Origin: Acidobacteriota bacterium
GTDB lineage: Bacteria > Acidobacteriota > UBA6911 > RPQK01 > JAJDTT01
Assembly (NCBI GenBank): GCA_965209055.1
Contig: OZ242374.1
Location: 3,008,001 to 3,072,000, forward strand
Direction: 5' to 3'
DNA: 64,000 nucleotides
Shown: in pieces, positions 37,847 to 49,616 of the stretch
How the letters are laid out: each line of letters opens with the position of its first letter
How positions within the stretch are numbered: position 1 is the first letter of the stretch
Translations under genes and position numbers: made by a program
Notes under the pieces: model-generated
Databases searched by the model: none
What the model was told of the DNA's origin: nothing
What the model saw: the letters and a program-made list of their open reading frames with translations, nothing else

Positions 37847-38619
37847 CGGGCCGACTTCTCCGCCATGATTCTACTGGTCGCCATATAGGTGTAGATGCCC
37901 GTGGTCGCCAGAGAGATCACTTCCAGATGGCGGATGGAAAGGCCGGTCAGGGTCACCGCCGTTTCAATCGTTACGGCGGGCGTCAGGCTGTAGATGGCGA
38001 TCGCCAGATAGGCGGGATAAGGGAACTTCACCTGGTAACGGGTCGTCACCGAGAGGGCAAGCAGAGTGAAGAGCAAGGCCAGAACCAGTTTGACCGCGAA
38101 GGTGAATACCAGAACCAGGGAATACGCGGTTGGGAAATAAACCCATTTCATGACCTCGAGCCAGTTCCGGAGCAGTTCCGGAGTGACTTCGAATGAGCCG
38201 AAATCCGTCCAGGGAAAGGTTTCCACCGACTGGTTCCGGCGTAGCACGAGGGCGTCTTCGGTGAACAGGAGCAGCGGCTCCGGGAAACCGGCCAAGTCCT
38301 GGCGGCTTCCCGTGGTGTCGAAGATCAGGGTGACGGGTTCCCGGCCGGAGTACGTCTGGATCAGCGGCTGGTCCGCCTCCACGCGGAGCCGGCCCTCGCT
38401 CACCTGCATGGGAGGGACATTCTCCTGGAGCCAGATTCCGAATTCCCGAAACTCCGGGCCCAAGTGAAATGCGTAGGCCAGAGTCACGATCAAGGAGGCG
38501 TGGGCGCAGAGATAAAGCAGATAGAGCAGGGTCTGCCGGGGAGGTTGCGCCAGTATCGTCTTGTAGAACGGGAATTCAGTGATGGCCCAGTAGAACTGGC
38601 GGTAGAAGGTGGTCCTCAT
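37843..38619 (-). CDS. DUF1189-like membrane protein
   Basis: N-terminal TM, soluble loop, C-terminal TMs with AIYSLTP. Confidence 0.7.
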   Translation of the reverse strand: MRTTFYRQFYWAITEFPFYKTILAQPPRQTLLYLLYLCAHASLIVTLAYAFHLGPEFREFGIWLQENVPPMQVSEGRLRVEADQPLIQTYSGREPVTLIFDTTGSRQDLAGFPEPLLLFTEDALVLRRNQSVETFPWTDFGSFEVTPELLRNWLEVMKWVYFPTAYSLVLVFTFAVKLVLALLFTLLALSVTTRYQVKFPYPAYLAIAIYSLTPAVTIETAVTLTGLSIRHLEVISLATTGIYTYMATSRIMAEKSAR

Positions 38620-38817
38620 GGCTCAGGAACGAGTGAAAAAGAGGCGTTCGATCAGCGGGGCGGAGCATGGAACACGATCACGACGACGACGTCCGGCTCG
38701 AATTGAATGGATGTCCCGATACTCCCGCGAGAATGGCCGGTTCCCGGCCGGCGGTCGAATGCCGTGGCGACCCTGCCACAGACTGTTCACTCACCGTCCA
38801 TCCCGCACTCCCTGGCG

Positions 38818-39528
38818 TCAGCCGCCTTGGTAGTAGAGGATTCGATTGCAGGTCTCGCAGGTCAATATCTTCAGACCGGACTTGACCTCGGTGAAAAGCT
38901 GGGGGCGAAGCCGCACGTTGCAGGCTTGGCACGACTCTGCGGTGACCTCCGCCAGGGCCTGCCCGTTGTTGACCGAGGCGATCCTGCGGTACTTTTCGAG
39001 CAATGGTTCGGGCAGGTTCCGTTCCAGCCGGTTTCGCTCCTGCTCAAAGCCGGCCATGTTGGTCTCGGAACTGGCCGCGAAGGTCTCCAACTCCTTTTGC
39101 CGGGATGACACCTCCAAGGCCCGTTCCTCGGCCCGCCGGCGGGCTTCGCGGGTCTGGTCATCCAATTCGTCCATGGCCAGCATGATTTCCAGGATCTCAT
39201 CTTCCTTGCTGGAGATCTGTTCCCGGACGCCGGAGATTTCGAGCTGCATGGCCTTGTATTCCCGGTTGGTCTTGACGTCCATGAGCTGCTCCTGGTAGCG
39301 GGACAGCTTCTGCTGCAGCAAATCGACTTCACCCTCCAACCGGCGTTGGGTCCGGGCTTGCCGGTCGGTTTGCTCCCGGAGCTCTTCTACGGCGTCGTGA
39401 CTCTCCTGGAGCGACTCGGCCTGATTCTCGATCTCGTCAGGAATGGACAAGACCCGCTGCCGCAACTCGACGATACTGACGTCGAGTTGCTGCAGTTGGA
39501 TCAACCTCTGCAACTCTTCGCTCAACAC
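38818..39528 (-). CDS. Coiled-coil C4 zinc-ribbon protein (CT398/DUF164-like)
   Basis: LIQLQQLD, CQAC...CETCNRILY. Confidence 0.92.
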   Translation of the reverse strand: MLSEELQRLIQLQQLDVSIVELRQRVLSIPDEIENQAESLQESHDAVEELREQTDRQARTQRRLEGEVDLLQQKLSRYQEQLMDVKTNREYKAMQLEISGVREQISSKEDEILEIMLAMDELDDQTREARRRAEERALEVSSRQKELETFAASSETNMAGFEQERNRLERNLPEPLLEKYRRIASVNNGQALAEVTAESCQACNVRLRPQLFTEVKSGLKILTCETCNRILYYQGG

Positions 39529-39573
39529 ATGCCTCCATGGGACGGTCCGACCGGCAGCCGGCGTCGGTGGCTA

Positions 39574-39647
39574 TGGGCCCAGTAGGACTCGAACCTACGA
39601 CCACCTGATTATGAGTCAGACGCTCTAACCGACTGAGCTATGGGCCC
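39574..39647 (-). tRNA. tRNA with CAT anticodon, most likely tRNA-Ile2 (lysidine)
   Basis: GGGCCCATAGCTCAGTCGGTTAGAGCGTCTGACT-CAT-AATCAGGTGGTCGTAGGTTCGAGTCCTACTGGGCCCA; ileX-like sequence, downstream of rpoD. Confidence 0.92.
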
Positions 39648-39841
39648 ACCGAAAAAAAAGGGCGCTTCCCAGCGCCCGTGTGAAACAGTTGCCGCGCCAT
39701 TCGGACGGCGCCGCATCCCGGCCGGAGATCCTGTCCCCAGGTCGAGACCCGGTGGCGGCAACGATGTTGCCCCCCCTGGTCGCGCCGAGCCCGCCCCGTG
39801 TCCCCCGTCGCGGTAATGCGCCGGAAGTTCACGACGGGCTC

Positions 39842-41563
39842 CTAGGAAAGTGTACGGCCGGAATTCCCATTGTCTTCGTGGAATGTCTTCAGCTTCCGGC
39901 TGCGGGACGGGTGTCGAAGCTTTCGCAAGGCCTTGGCTTCGATCTGGCGGATCCGTTCGCGGGTCACGCAGAACCGCTGGCCCACTTCTTCCAGGGTATG
40001 CTCGCTTCCGTCCCCGATGCCGAATCTCATGCGGATCACCTGCTCCTCTCGATCGGTGAGAGTCTTGAGAACGGCCGCCGTCTGTTCCTTGAGATTGAGA
40101 TTGATGACCGCTTCGGCGGGTGAGGTCACCCCTCGATCCTCGATGAAATCACCGAGATGACTGTCCTCCTCCTCGCCGATGGGGGTCTCCAGGGATATGG
40201 GTTCCTGGGCGATCTTGAGGATCTTCCGGACCTTGCTGACCGGAAGGCCCATTTTCACCGAGATCTCTTCGTTGGTCGGTTCCCGGCCGTATTCCTGGAC
40301 CAGCGCCCGGGAGGTTCGAATCAGCTTATTGATGGTTTCGATCATGTGGACCGGGATCCGGATGGTTCGGGCCTGGTCCGCAATGGCCCGGGTGATGGCC
40401 TGCCGAATCCACCAAGTGGCGTAGGTCGAAAATTTGTATCCCCTTCGATATTCGAACTTCTCCACCGCCTTCATGAGTCCGATGTTCCCTTCCTGGATCA
40501 GGTCCAGGAACTGCAGGCCCCGGTTCGTATATTTCTTGGCGATGGAAACCACCAATCTCAGATTCGCTTCCACCAACTCCTTCTTGGCGATATCGGCTTC
40601 GAGCTCGCCCTGCTTTATGGTGGCCAAAGTACGCTTGAGTTCCACGGGAGTGGCCAGAACCTCGTCTTCGATCTCCTTCAGGTGCTTGTCGATCTCTCGT
40701 AACCGAAGCTTGATCTTCTTGGAGTCCTCCAGCTTCAGAGGGGCTTCGTGCAGCTTCTTGAGCTTCTTGGTCTCCTGGTCCAGGGCGACGATCCGGTCGA
40801 CGGCTCGCTTGATGACGTTGACGAGCCGCTCGTAAGTCGCGGGGGTGAGATCCAGGGCCCGGATGTGCCGGGCAATGGGAATTCGATAGCGGGCCAACTG
40901 CGACAGGAGGCTCTTGTATTCGGGCGTATCCTTGGGTTTCCTGACCCGCCAGATCTTGCGCCGGATCCTGCTGGCCCCATCTTCCAGCTCTTCCACCTCC
41001 CGCACCACGCGGATGATGGTCTGCCGCCTGGCCTCCAACACCTCGGGAGTGATCTCGTCGTCACGGAACACCACCAGTGTCTTGACGTTGAGGCCGCCCT
41101 CGCCCAGGGCTTCCCCGTAGCGCATGACCTCGTTGACCACTACGGGAGATCGGGACAGCACGTTCAGCACCGTCTTTCGACCCTTCTCGATCCGTTTGGC
41201 GATGGTCACCTCCCCCTCCCGGGTCAGCAGGGGTACCGTGCCCATCTCCCGCAAATACATGCGGACGGGGTCATTGGTCTTCTCGAGCGTGGGATCCGGG
41301 GGCTCTGCCTCACCCGCCTCGGTCTTGGTCCGAATCCTTCGCTGGGTAGACTCGAAGTCCTCCTCCGAGTCGATGACCTCGATCCCGGCCTCGCCGAACA
41401 GGTAGAAGATGCTGTCCAGGTCTTCCGAGGATTGGATATCGTCTGGGAGGTGGTCGTTGACTTCGTCGTAAAGGAGATAGCCCTTTTCCTTCCCCAGGGC
41501 GATCAATTCCTTGACGCCGTCGTACCTTTCCTCAACGGGAATCTTCTCTTCGTTCTCTCTCAT
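39842..41563 (-). CDS. rpoD: RNA polymerase primary sigma factor
   Basis: [57 protein letters not shown]. Confidence 0.98.
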   Translation of the reverse strand: MRENEEKIPVEERYDGVKELIALGKEKGYLLYDEVNDHLPDDIQSSEDLDSIFYLFGEAGIEVIDSEEDFESTQRRIRTKTEAGEAEPPDPTLEKTNDPVRMYLREMGTVPLLTREGEVTIAKRIEKGRKTVLNVLSRSPVVVNEVMRYGEALGEGGLNVKTLVVFRDDEITPEVLEARRQTIIRVVREVEELEDGASRIRRKIWRVRKPKDTPEYKSLLSQLARYRIPIARHIRALDLTPATYERLVNVIKRAVDRIVALDQETKKLKKLHEAPLKLEDSKKIKLRLREIDKHLKEIEDEVLATPVELKRTLATIKQGELEADIAKKELVEANLRLVVSIAKKYTNRGLQFLDLIQEGNIGLMKAVEKFEYRRGYKFSTYATWWIRQAITRAIADQARTIRIPVHMIETINKLIRTSRALVQEYGREPTNEEISVKMGLPVSKVRKILKIAQEPISLETPIGEEEDSHLGDFIEDRGVTSPAEAVINLNLKEQTAAVLKTLTDREEQVIRMRFGIGDGSEHTLEEVGQRFCVTRERIRQIEAKALRKLRHPSRSRKLKTFHEDNGNSGRTLS

Positions 41564-41580
41564 GCCGCCAGCCGCCCCCA

Positions 41581-43329
41581 TTATACAAAATCGGACTCTA
41601 TTTTCTTGCGGATCTGCGCCTTCATTGCCAGAAGCTCCTGCAAATTTTCGGTTGACGAAGCGTTCTTCTCCTCTTCCAGAATCTGTTGCTGCACCTGCCG
41701 GCTCAGGTTCTCGAAATGCTTGCGTCTCAGCGCCCGAATGCACTCGAGAACGACCTCGTCCGAAAGCGTTTCGTCGGCCAGAGCCAGGTTTTCCAGGAGA
41801 TCCATGTCCTCCGCGTCGAGCCGCTCCGAGGCCGCGGTTACCGTCAGGCCCCGCTGCTGACCGTTCAATTCGAACAAGGCCTTGAAGATCTTGCCCGATT
41901 CCAGGTTCTCGAACCAGTCGGGTTCCACTTCGCTGAAGACCCGATGCCCATGGTCCGGATCAAGGGCGGCCAGCACCAAGGTCTTCTCGGCCCGAGTGAC
42001 GGCCGCCGGCCGTGGAGACTGCGCTGCGAGAAGTTGCCTGGACCGGGGTTTGCGGACGTAGCGCATCTCCGCCAGGATCAGGTTCTCATCCAGTCTCAGA
42101 AGCGAGGCTGTCCGGGACACGGCTTCGGCGCGCTCGATTCGATTGGCGATCGCGGCAAGGTGAGGCACGACCTGTTCCACGATTTCCCGTTTACCCGCGG
42201 GACTGTACGGATCCTTGTGCCGGCCAACCAGCCAGGAGAGCAGAAAAGACAGAAGAGGGACGGATGATCGCAGCACCTCACCGTAGGCCTGCGCCCCGTG
42301 TTCTCTCAAAAAGGAGTCGGGATCCCGGCCGCCTGGAACCTGGGCAATGCTCACACTGAAACCTTCGCGCACGAAGATGTCCGCCGAGCGCACGGTCGCG
42401 TTGGCTCCGGCCGTGTCCGGATCGTAGTTGATCATGACTCGACGCGTGTAGTGCCGCAGCAGCTTGGCCTGGTCGGTCGTGAGACTGGTGCCCAGCGAGG
42501 CGATCACGTTCCGGAAGCCGAACTGATGAGGCATGACACAGTCGAAATAACCCTCCACCAGAATGGCGAAACCCCTCCTGCGAATCTCCGGACGGCTCAG
42601 GTCCAGGGCGAACAGATTGGCGCCTTTCTTGTAGAGGTCGCTGTCGGGAGAGTTGAGGTACTTGGGGACGCCGTCTCCCATGACCCGTCCGCCGAAGGCC
42701 ACGATCCTCCCTTGCAGATCCCGGATCGGAAATATCACACGCCGGCGAAGGTACTCGTAGGGGCGGCCCCCTCTTCCCTCCTTGACCAGGCCACAGGCCA
42801 TCAGTTCCTGATTCGTAAAACCCTCCCGGCGAAGCTCGGTAACCAATTGACCGCCGCCCGGGGCATAGCCGACCTGGAATCGCTCGACGGTTTCAGCGTT
42901 GATCTGCCGGTTCTGCAGATAGTCCCTGGCCGCGCCCGACCGCTCCAGGAACCGGCGGTAGAGTTTCCCGGCCAGTTCCATGGCTTGACGCAGGCGCTGC
43001 GTCCGCTGGGTCCGCGGGTTTTGACTGGCCTCCGACTGACGGACCGCGATGCCCGAGCGCTCCGCCAGAAACTTCACCGATTCGGGAAAGGTCCGGTTTT
43101 CCATCAGCATGATGAACTTGAAGATGTCCCCGCCGGAGCCGCACCCGAAACACTTGAAGATCTGCTTGCTTTCGCTGACCAGAAACGAAGGGGTCTTTTC
43201 GGCGTGAAAGGGACAGAGGGCGGAGTGGTTCTGCCCCTGCTTCTTCAGGGGGAGGTAGCCGCGGATCAGATCCACGATATTGATGCTGTTGCGGATCTGT
43301 TCCACGATCCGGTCGTCGAACTTCATCAC
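41581..43329 (-). CDS. dnaG: DNA primase
   Basis: [11 protein letters not shown]...CFGC, FGGR, KYLNSP, VEGYFD, YDPDTAG, DPD. Confidence 0.98.
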   Translation of the reverse strand: MMKFDDRIVEQIRNSINIVDLIRGYLPLKKQGQNHSALCPFHAEKTPSFLVSESKQIFKCFGCGSGGDIFKFIMLMENRTFPESVKFLAERSGIAVRQSEASQNPRTQRTQRLRQAMELAGKLYRRFLERSGAARDYLQNRQINAETVERFQVGYAPGGGQLVTELRREGFTNQELMACGLVKEGRGGRPYEYLRRRVIFPIRDLQGRIVAFGGRVMGDGVPKYLNSPDSDLYKKGANLFALDLSRPEIRRRGFAILVEGYFDCVMPHQFGFRNVIASLGTSLTTDQAKLLRHYTRRVMINYDPDTAGANATVRSADIFVREGFSVSIAQVPGGRDPDSFLREHGAQAYGEVLRSSVPLLSFLLSWLVGRHKDPYSPAGKREIVEQVVPHLAAIANRIERAEAVSRTASLLRLDENLILAEMRYVRKPRSRQLLAAQSPRPAAVTRAEKTLVLAALDPDHGHRVFSEVEPDWFENLESGKIFKALFELNGQQRGLTVTAASERLDAEDMDLLENLALADETLSDEVVLECIRALRRKHFENLSRQVQQQILEEEKNASSTENLQELLAMKAQIRKKIESDFV

Positions 43330-43475
43330 TGAGTCGTGATCGGGGCCGCAACCGGCGGAGCCCGGATGACTTCACATGCCGAGCCGGTGCGCGCCCGAAA
43401 AAAGGTCCTTTCCTTGTCGTGCCCTCAGTGAGCCGGTGAGAGATTCCGGTTAGAAGTTACCAGAATCAGTCCGGG

Positions 43476-44234
43476 TCAGTCGGAGTCCCGCCGACGGTTG
43501 ATCATGCTGGCCACGTAGCCGGCGCCGAACCCGTTGTCGATGTTGACCACCGACACGTTCGCCGCGCAACTGTTGAGCATGCCCAGGAGCGCGGCCAGGC
43601 CGCCGAAGGAAGCCCCGTATCCCACGCTGGTGGGAACCGCGATCACCGGCAGATCGACCAGGCCGCCCACCACGCTGGGAAGGGCTCCCTCCATGCCGGC
43701 GACGGCGATCACCACCGTGCATGACGCCAACAGCTCCCGTTGCCCCAGGATCCGATGCAGCCCCGCCACGCCCACGTCGTAGCAGGGGACGGCTTTGTTG
43801 CCCATGACCCTTGCCGTGACCAGGGCCTCTTCGGCGACCGGAATGTCCGCGGTGCCGGCGGCGAAGACCCCGATGGTGCCCCGGCCCCGATCGGCCGGAT
43901 CCCGGACCACCTCCAGGATCCGGCTCCGGCTGTGGAACACGGCTTCCGGACAGGACGCCTTCAGCCGGATGTGGACTTCCTCGCTGGTGGAAGTGATGAG
44001 CAGGTTCGAGTGGTTCTCCAGCAACGCCTCCGCAATCCGGAGGATCTGGTCCGGACTCTTGCCCCTCCCGAAAACGACCTCGGGAAAGCCTTGCCGAAGA
44101 CTCCGGTGGTGGTCGACCTTGGCAAAATCCAGATCTTCGTAAGGCAGGTCGTGGAGCAGCCGGAGCAACTCCCTCTCCGGCAGGCGGCCCTCCTTGAAGT
44201 TGCGAAGGGCCTGCTTCAGCGATTCCGGGATCAT
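43476..44234 (-). CDS. larB: Nickel-pincer cofactor biosynthesis protein LarB (PurE-like)
   Basis: [63 protein letters not shown]. Confidence 0.93.
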   Translation of the reverse strand: MIPESLKQALRNFKEGRLPERELLRLLHDLPYEDLDFAKVDHHRSLRQGFPEVVFGRGKSPDQILRIAEALLENHSNLLITSTSEEVHIRLKASCPEAVFHSRSRILEVVRDPADRGRGTIGVFAAGTADIPVAEEALVTARVMGNKAVPCYDVGVAGLHRILGQRELLASCTVVIAVAGMEGALPSVVGGLVDLPVIAVPTSVGYGASFGGLAALLGMLNSCAANVSVVNIDNGFGAGYVASMINRRRDSD

Positions 44235-46477
44235 CGGCGCTGCCGGCGGCGCCTCCGGCGATTCCCCTGTTGCTCTCGACGCCCCGGACGTCGTCGATGG
44301 TCCGTACGGCGTGGATGCCGCGGCTGCCCCCGATCCCTTTGCTGTTCCCGATCCCCTTGCTGTTCTCGATCCCCTGGCTGCTCCCGATCCCCTTGCTGGT
44401 CTCTGAGCACGGCGCGGCGGCTGAGCCGGATCTTGTTGTTGTCGTCGACGTTGAGGACCTTCACCATCATCTTGTCCCCATTGCTGATCTCCTGGTGGAT
44501 GTCCCGGATCCGGTGTTCCGCGACTTCGGAGATGTGCAGCAGCCCTTCCGTGCCCGGGAAGATCTCGACGAAGGCTCCGAAGTCCACCACCTTCATCACC
44601 GTCCCCAGATAGGTTTTCCCGATTTCGGCGGTGGCCGTCAGATCTTCAATGATCCGGATCGCCTTTTCGGTCGCCTCGCTGCTGGTGGAAGCGATGTTGA
44701 CCGTGCCGTCGTCTTCGATGTCGATCTTCACTCCCGTCTGATCGATGATGCTGCGGATCATCTTCCCGCCGGGACCGATGACCCCGCCGATCTTCTTGAC
44801 CGGGATCTTGATGGTGACGATACGAGGCGCCAATTTGGAAATGTCGGGGCGCGGCTCGGCTATGGTCGCGGCCATCCGATCGAGGATGTGCAGCCGGCCC
44901 TCCCGGGCCTGGAGCAGCGCTTCCTCCATGATCTCTCGCGTGACCCCCGCGATCTTGATGTCCATCTGCAGGGCGGTGATCCCGTCCCGGCTGCCGGCGA
45001 CCTTGAAGTCCATATCTCCGTAGTGGTCCTCGAATCCGGCGATATCCGACAGGACGGCATAGTCGTCTCCCTCCTTGACCAGTCCCATGGCGATGCCGGC
45101 GATGGCTCCCTTGAGCGGCACGCCTGCGTCCTGCAGCGCCATGACGGCGCCGCAGACGGTAGCCATGGACGAAGAGCCGTTGGACTCCAGGATGTCCGAT
45201 ACCACCCGGACCGTGTAGGGGAACTCCTCCTCCGATGGAAGCATCGGCGTGACGGCTCTCTCCGCCAGGACTCCGTGCCCGATTTCCCGCCGGCCCGGGC
45301 CCCTCAGGAATCTCACCTCCCCCACGCTGAAGGGCGGGAAGTTGTAGTGGAGCATGAAGCGTTTCGAGCTCTCCCCGGTGAGCAGATCCAGGCGCTGGGC
45401 GTCATCTCCGGTCCCCAGCGTGGACGTCACCAGGGCCTGGGTCTCGCCTCGCGTGAAAAGGGCCGATCCGTGCGCCCGCGGCAGTAGGCCCACTTCGCTG
45501 GAGACGGCCCTCACCTGGTCGAAACTGCGCCCGTCGGGACGGCGTCCATCCTGCAGCAGCCGTTCCCGGAACAGCCTCTCCTTGAGCCGGTTGAAGCAGA
45601 CTGCCGCCTCGGCTCTCTTTTCGCCGGTTTCATCGGGGATGGAATCGAGAACGTCACGCTTGGCGTCACTCATGTTTCGTTCGCTGGCCAATTTTCCGGG
45701 GGTATGGAGAGCCTCCAGAATCTTCTCCTTGGCCAGGGCCTCGACCTGGTCCACGAGTTCCGGGTCGAGCGATCCGGGCTCCACGGTCCGTTTGGCAACC
45801 GGGCGGCGTTCCGCCAGCTCGCGAATCCCCTGGATAACGGGCCGGATGCCATGCTCGTGACCGTATTCGATGGCATCGACGACGACCTTTTCCGAGACCT
45901 CCCGCATCGTGGCTTCCACCATGGTGATGCCGTCCCACGAGCCGGACAGGATCAGGTTCAGATCGCTCTCTTCCAACTGGGAATAGCTGGGGTTGAGAAT
46001 GAAGCGGCCGTCGACGCGGCCCACCCGCACCGCCCCGAGGGGAAACGGGAAGGGGATGTCGGACAGGGCCAGTGCCGCCGACGCGCCATTCAGAGCCAGA
46101 ATATCCGGGTTCGTCTCCGGGTCGGCCGACATCACCATGGCCACGATCTGGGTCTCGCAAGCAAAGCCGTCCGGGAAGAGCGGGCGGATGGGACGGTCGA
46201 TGAGGCGACTCGTCAGGACCTCTTTTTCGGTGGGTCTGCCCTCCCGTTTGAAAAAGCCGCCCGGAATCTTGCCCGCGGCATAGGTGTATTCCCGGTAGTC
46301 GCAAGTCAGCGGGAAGAAGCTCAAATTCTCCCGAGGCTCGCGTTGGGAACAGGCCGAAACCAGGACCATTGTCTCTTCGAGGCGAACGACGGCGGCGCCG
46401 TCGGCTTGCTTGGCCATTTTTCCGGTTTCGATGGAAAGGACTTTACCGTCCAGGTGAACTTCTATTTTCTCCGACAT
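44231..46477 (-). CDS. pnp: Polyribonucleotide nucleotidyltransferase
   Basis: [37 protein letters not shown] and S1 domains. Confidence 0.98.
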   Translation of the reverse strand: MSEKIEVHLDGKVLSIETGKMAKQADGAAVVRLEETMVLVSACSQREPRENLSFFPLTCDYREYTYAAGKIPGGFFKREGRPTEKEVLTSRLIDRPIRPLFPDGFACETQIVAMVMSADPETNPDILALNGASAALALSDIPFPFPLGAVRVGRVDGRFILNPSYSQLEESDLNLILSGSWDGITMVEATMREVSEKVVVDAIEYGHEHGIRPVIQGIRELAERRPVAKRTVEPGSLDPELVDQVEALAKEKILEALHTPGKLASERNMSDAKRDVLDSIPDETGEKRAEAAVCFNRLKERLFRERLLQDGRRPDGRSFDQVRAVSSEVGLLPRAHGSALFTRGETQALVTSTLGTGDDAQRLDLLTGESSKRFMLHYNFPPFSVGEVRFLRGPGRREIGHGVLAERAVTPMLPSEEEFPYTVRVVSDILESNGSSSMATVCGAVMALQDAGVPLKGAIAGIAMGLVKEGDDYAVLSDIAGFEDHYGDMDFKVAGSRDGITALQMDIKIAGVTREIMEEALLQAREGRLHILDRMAATIAEPRPDISKLAPRIVTIKIPVKKIGGVIGPGGKMIRSIIDQTGVKIDIEDDGTVNIASTSSEATEKAIRIIEDLTATAEIGKTYLGTVMKVVDFGAFVEIFPGTEGLLHISEVAEHRIRDIHQEISNGDKMMVKVLNVDDNNKIRLSRRAVLRDQQGDREQPGDREQQGDREQQRDRGQPRHPRRTDHRRRPGRREQQGNRRRRRRQRR

Positions 46478-46652
46478 TCCTTCTCCTTTAAGGGTTTTAC
46501 GGTGCGTGAAACCGTTCTCAGCCGTCGCGGCAACCGTATGAGCAGATTCTCACCGGGGGTGTGAGTGCCGTTTTCCGTCCGGCTCGAAAGCCGGTGGCCG
46601 GAGGGTCGCCGGGGTCAAGATTCGGAAACACTATGGTTGGGCGTACCGCTGT

Positions 46653-46919
46653 TCACTTGCGAATTCCCAGGCGACCGATCAACTCCTTGTAGCGGCCGAA
46701 GTCGATCCGCTTCAGATAGTCCAGAAGCCGACGCCGCTGACCGACGAGTTTCAACAGCCCCCGCCGGGAGTGGTGGTCTTTCTTGTGGGATTTGAAGTGT
46801 TCAGTGAGGTAACCGATTCGGTGGCTCAGAATGGCAACCTGGACTTCGGGCGAGCCGGTATCGGTTCGGTGCAGTTGGTAGCCTATGATGAGCTCTTCTT
46901 TCTGTTCCTTAGTCAACAT
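46653..46919 (-). CDS. rpsO: 30S ribosomal protein S15
   Basis: [24 protein letters not shown]. Confidence 0.98.
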   Translation of the reverse strand: MLTKEQKEELIIGYQLHRTDTGSPEVQVAILSHRIGYLTEHFKSHKKDHHSRRGLLKLVGQRRRLLDYLKRIDFGRYKELIGRLGIRK

Positions 46920-47040
46920 TTTCTTCTTCGTTCGCGCGTCAATCTAGCAGAGACGGGAGTCTTCTGGCAACCGAACCGGTGGGTCCTGGGGAGAAACCGA
47001 GGGGCCCGCAGACCGATTCCAAATCCCGAACGACTCCCGA

Positions 47041-47216
47041 GGAGCGGCGGTTTCCCAACCGCCGATTCCCGAAGGGGCGGCGGTTTCCAACCGCCGATTC
47101 CCGCAGGAGCGGCGGTTTCCAAACCGCCGATTCCCGCAGGAGCGGCGGTTTCCAACCGCCGATTCTTTGGACATGTCCTAACGAGAGGGAACCGGCCGAT
47201 TGGAAATCGTTCCTCC
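47041..47216 (+). repeat. Four head-to-tail REP-like hairpins (32-33 bp period) plus a degenerate partner REP
   Basis: GG(A/G)GCGGCGGTTTCC(C/A/-)AACCGCCGATTC at 47041, 47074, 47106 and 47139; degenerate GGCCGATTGGAAATCGTTCCTCC at 47194. Confidence 0.88.
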
Positions 47217-47217
47217 G

Positions 47218-48123
47218 TCAGGCCTTGGGGTGGGCGGCCCGGTAGACCTTCTGCAGGTGCTCGATGGAGACGTGGGTGTAGCGCTGGGTAGTGGAGAGGC
47301 TCTCATGTCCCAGGAGTTCCTGAATCGAGCGCAGGTCGGCGCCGTTGTTGAGCAGGTGCGTGGCGAAGGAGTGGCGAAAAAGGTGCGGGTGGACGTCCAG
47401 CAGCAAGGCCGCTTGCCGGATGTAGGCCCCCAGGTTTCTCTGGACCGAGCGGGCGGTGAGGCGGCCTCCGCGCAGATTCAGGAACAGGGCTGGGGTTTGC
47501 GGACGGTCCTTGCGCTTGGCCAGGATGCGCCTCCTGGCCTCCAGGTAGGCGGCCAGACTCGCACGGGAAGGTTCTCCGAAGGGGACCACCCGCTCCTTGT
47601 TCCCCTTCCCCCGGACCCGCACCAGCCGGCGGTTCATGGAGAGATCGATGAGGTTCAGGCCGACCAGCTCTCCCACCCGCAGGCCGCTGGCATAGAGGAG
47701 TTCCAGAATGGCCCGGTCCCGGATTCCCTTCTCGGTCTTCGCCGGAGGCAGACTGAGGATGGATTCGACCTCCGGGAGGGAGAGGAAACGGGGTGTTCTG
47801 AGTGGCTGGCGGGGCGTCCGCACCAACTTGGCCGGATTCCGGTCCAGGTGGCCCTCCCGGTAGAGGTAGCGGAAGAAGGACCGCAATACCGACAGTTTCC
47901 GGGCGATGGTCACCTTCCGGTTCCCCGCCTGGCTCAACCGGCTCAGGAATTCCCGGATGGTGATGTGGTCCAGATCGGAAGGCTTGATCTCTCTGTCGGT
48001 GCGGCCGTCAGTCAGGTGGCGGAGGAATTGGTCCAGGTCGCGGGAGTAGCTCTCCACGGTGTGGGGGGAGTAGTTCTTCTCGAACCTCAAATGAGCGACG
48101 AAGGATGCCATCAGTGCCTGCAT
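47218..48123 (-). CDS. xerC: Tyrosine recombinase XerC
   Basis: YSPHTVESY, RDRAILELLYASGLRVGEL, GKGNKER, HPHLFRHSFATHLL, LLGHESLSTTQRYTH. Confidence 0.9.
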   Translation of the reverse strand: MQALMASFVAHLRFEKNYSPHTVESYSRDLDQFLRHLTDGRTDREIKPSDLDHITIREFLSRLSQAGNRKVTIARKLSVLRSFFRYLYREGHLDRNPAKLVRTPRQPLRTPRFLSLPEVESILSLPPAKTEKGIRDRAILELLYASGLRVGELVGLNLIDLSMNRRLVRVRGKGNKERVVPFGEPSRASLAAYLEARRRILAKRKDRPQTPALFLNLRGGRLTARSVQRNLGAYIRQAALLLDVHPHLFRHSFATHLLNNGADLRSIQELLGHESLSTTQRYTHVSIEHLQKVYRAAHPKA

Positions 48124-48143
48124 GAACTTCGATCTCGAATCGG

Positions 48144-49616
48144 TCAGCGGTTCACCTTCCGTCCCCGGGCCGCATCCGAACGCTCCTGCCGGCCCCCGCG
48201 CTTTCCGCGTGAAGCGCCGACGCTGATCCCGTGGGCCTTGAGTTTCCGGTGCAGGTGAGAACGCTCCATCCCGATCTCGGCGGCCGTTCTGGAAATGTTG
48301 CCGCCATATTGCTGCAGTTTCCGGGTCAGGAATTCGGACTCGAACGCCGCGCGCGCTTCCTGCCAGCTCCGGACTTCCGGCCGGGAGGCGCCGGACCCGT
48401 CCAGGATCGACCGGGGCAGGTCCGAAAGCTTCACCCGGCCGCCGGGGACCATGATAATCCACCGCTCGACGATGTTGCGGAGTTCGCGGACGTTCCCCGG
48501 CCAGTGATAGCGGAGGAGCCGATCCCGGACTTCCGGAGGAATGATCTTGGCCGGTTTCCCATGATGAGGACTGAGCACCTCCATGAAGTAGTCCAGAAGC
48601 TGTGGAATGTCCTCCTTGCGCTCCCGCAACGGCGGGACTTCGAAGGGGATGACGTTGAGCCGGAAATAGAGGTCCTCCCGGAACAGTCCGGTTTCGATCT
48701 GCTTCTCCAGGTCCTTGTTGGTCGCCGCCAGGACCCGCGTATCCACCTCGGTGGGCCGCTGGCTGCCTACCGGATAAAATCGTTGATTCTCCAGCACCCG
48801 CAGGACCCGGGCCTGGGTCTTGAGGCTCATGTCCGCCACTTCGTCCAGAAAGAGAGTGCCGCCGTCGGCCAGCTTGAAGCGCCCCTTCCGGTTCTCGGTC
48901 GACCCGGTGAACCCTCCCTTGGCGCTGCCGAACAGTTCGCTCTCGATCAGGTCGTCCGGAATGGCCGCGCAATTGACTTCGACGAAGGGCCCCTCCCGGC
49001 GGGCGCTGTTGAGGTGGAGCAATCGCGCCACCAGTTCCTTGCCGGTGCCGTTCTCGCCGTAAATGACCACCCTTCCTTCCGTGGGGGCCGCGAAGTCGAT
49101 CTGTTGCCGAAGCGCCTGCATCGGCACCGAGGTGCCGATCATGACCGTCTCCTGCCGGACAAGGTCCTTCAGGCTCCGGTTTTCCGTTTCCAGGCGCTTC
49201 TGCTTGAGCGCATGGCTCAGCACCAGCAGGACCTTGTCCCGGGCCAACGGTTTCTCGATGAAGTCGTAGGCTCCCAACTTGGTGGCCTGGACCGCCGTCT
49301 CGATGGTGCCGTGGCCGGAGATCATGATGACGTACTGGCGGGGGCGCCGGGCTCGAATCCGCTTGAGGGCATCGATCCCGTCCATGCCGGGCAACCAGAT
49401 ATCGAGGAAGATGGCGTCGTAGGTGGTCCGGTCCACGAGGCGCAGCCCTTCCTCGGCGCTGGACGCCGTTTCCACCAGGTAGCCCTCGTCTCCCAGGACT
49501 CCAGCCAACGAACGGAGCACGCTCCGGTGGTCGTCGACGATCAACAGCCGGATTCTGGGATGGCGTCCGGTCCTGAGCGGATCGTGCCCCGGAGTCTTGC
49601 CGGCTTCGTCGATCAT
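48144..49616 (-). CDS. Sigma54-dependent response regulator (NtrX-like)
   Basis: REC (LDIWLP, MISGHG), GENGTGKE, GGFTG variant of GAFTGA, Fis HTH. Confidence 0.93.
   Translation of the reverse strand: MIDEAGKTPGHDPLRTGRHPRIRLLIVDDHRSVLRSLAGVLGDEGYLVETASSAEEGLRLVDRTTYDAIFLDIWLPGMDGIDALKRIRARRPRQYVIMISGHGTIETAVQATKLGAYDFIEKPLARDKVLLVLSHALKQKRLETENRSLKDLVRQETVMIGTSVPMQALRQQIDFAAPTEGRVVIYGENGTGKELVARLLHLNSARREGPFVEVNCAAIPDDLIESELFGSAKGGFTGSTENRKGRFKLADGGTLFLDEVADMSLKTQARVLRVLENQRFYPVGSQRPTEVDTRVLAATNKDLEKQIETGLFREDLYFRLNVIPFEVPPLRERKEDIPQLLDYFMEVLSPHHGKPAKIIPPEVRDRLLRYHWPGNVRELRNIVERWIIMVPGGRVKLSDLPRSILDGSGASRPEVRSWQEARAAFESEFLTRKLQQYGGNISRTAAEIGMERSHLHRKLKAHGISVGASRGKRGGRQERSDAARGRKVNR

Noticed and set aside
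38927-38940. TGGCACGACTCTGC as a sigma54 promoter
   Set aside because: GG-GC spacing is 9 rather than 10, and it lies inside a CDS.
44235-44410. 18-bp repeats (DREQQG-like) at the end of pnp
   Set aside because: Low-complexity charged C-terminal tails are common in PNPase.
47041-47165. Possible CRISPR array
   Set aside because: No spacers; 32-33 bp tandem units of the dispersed REP.
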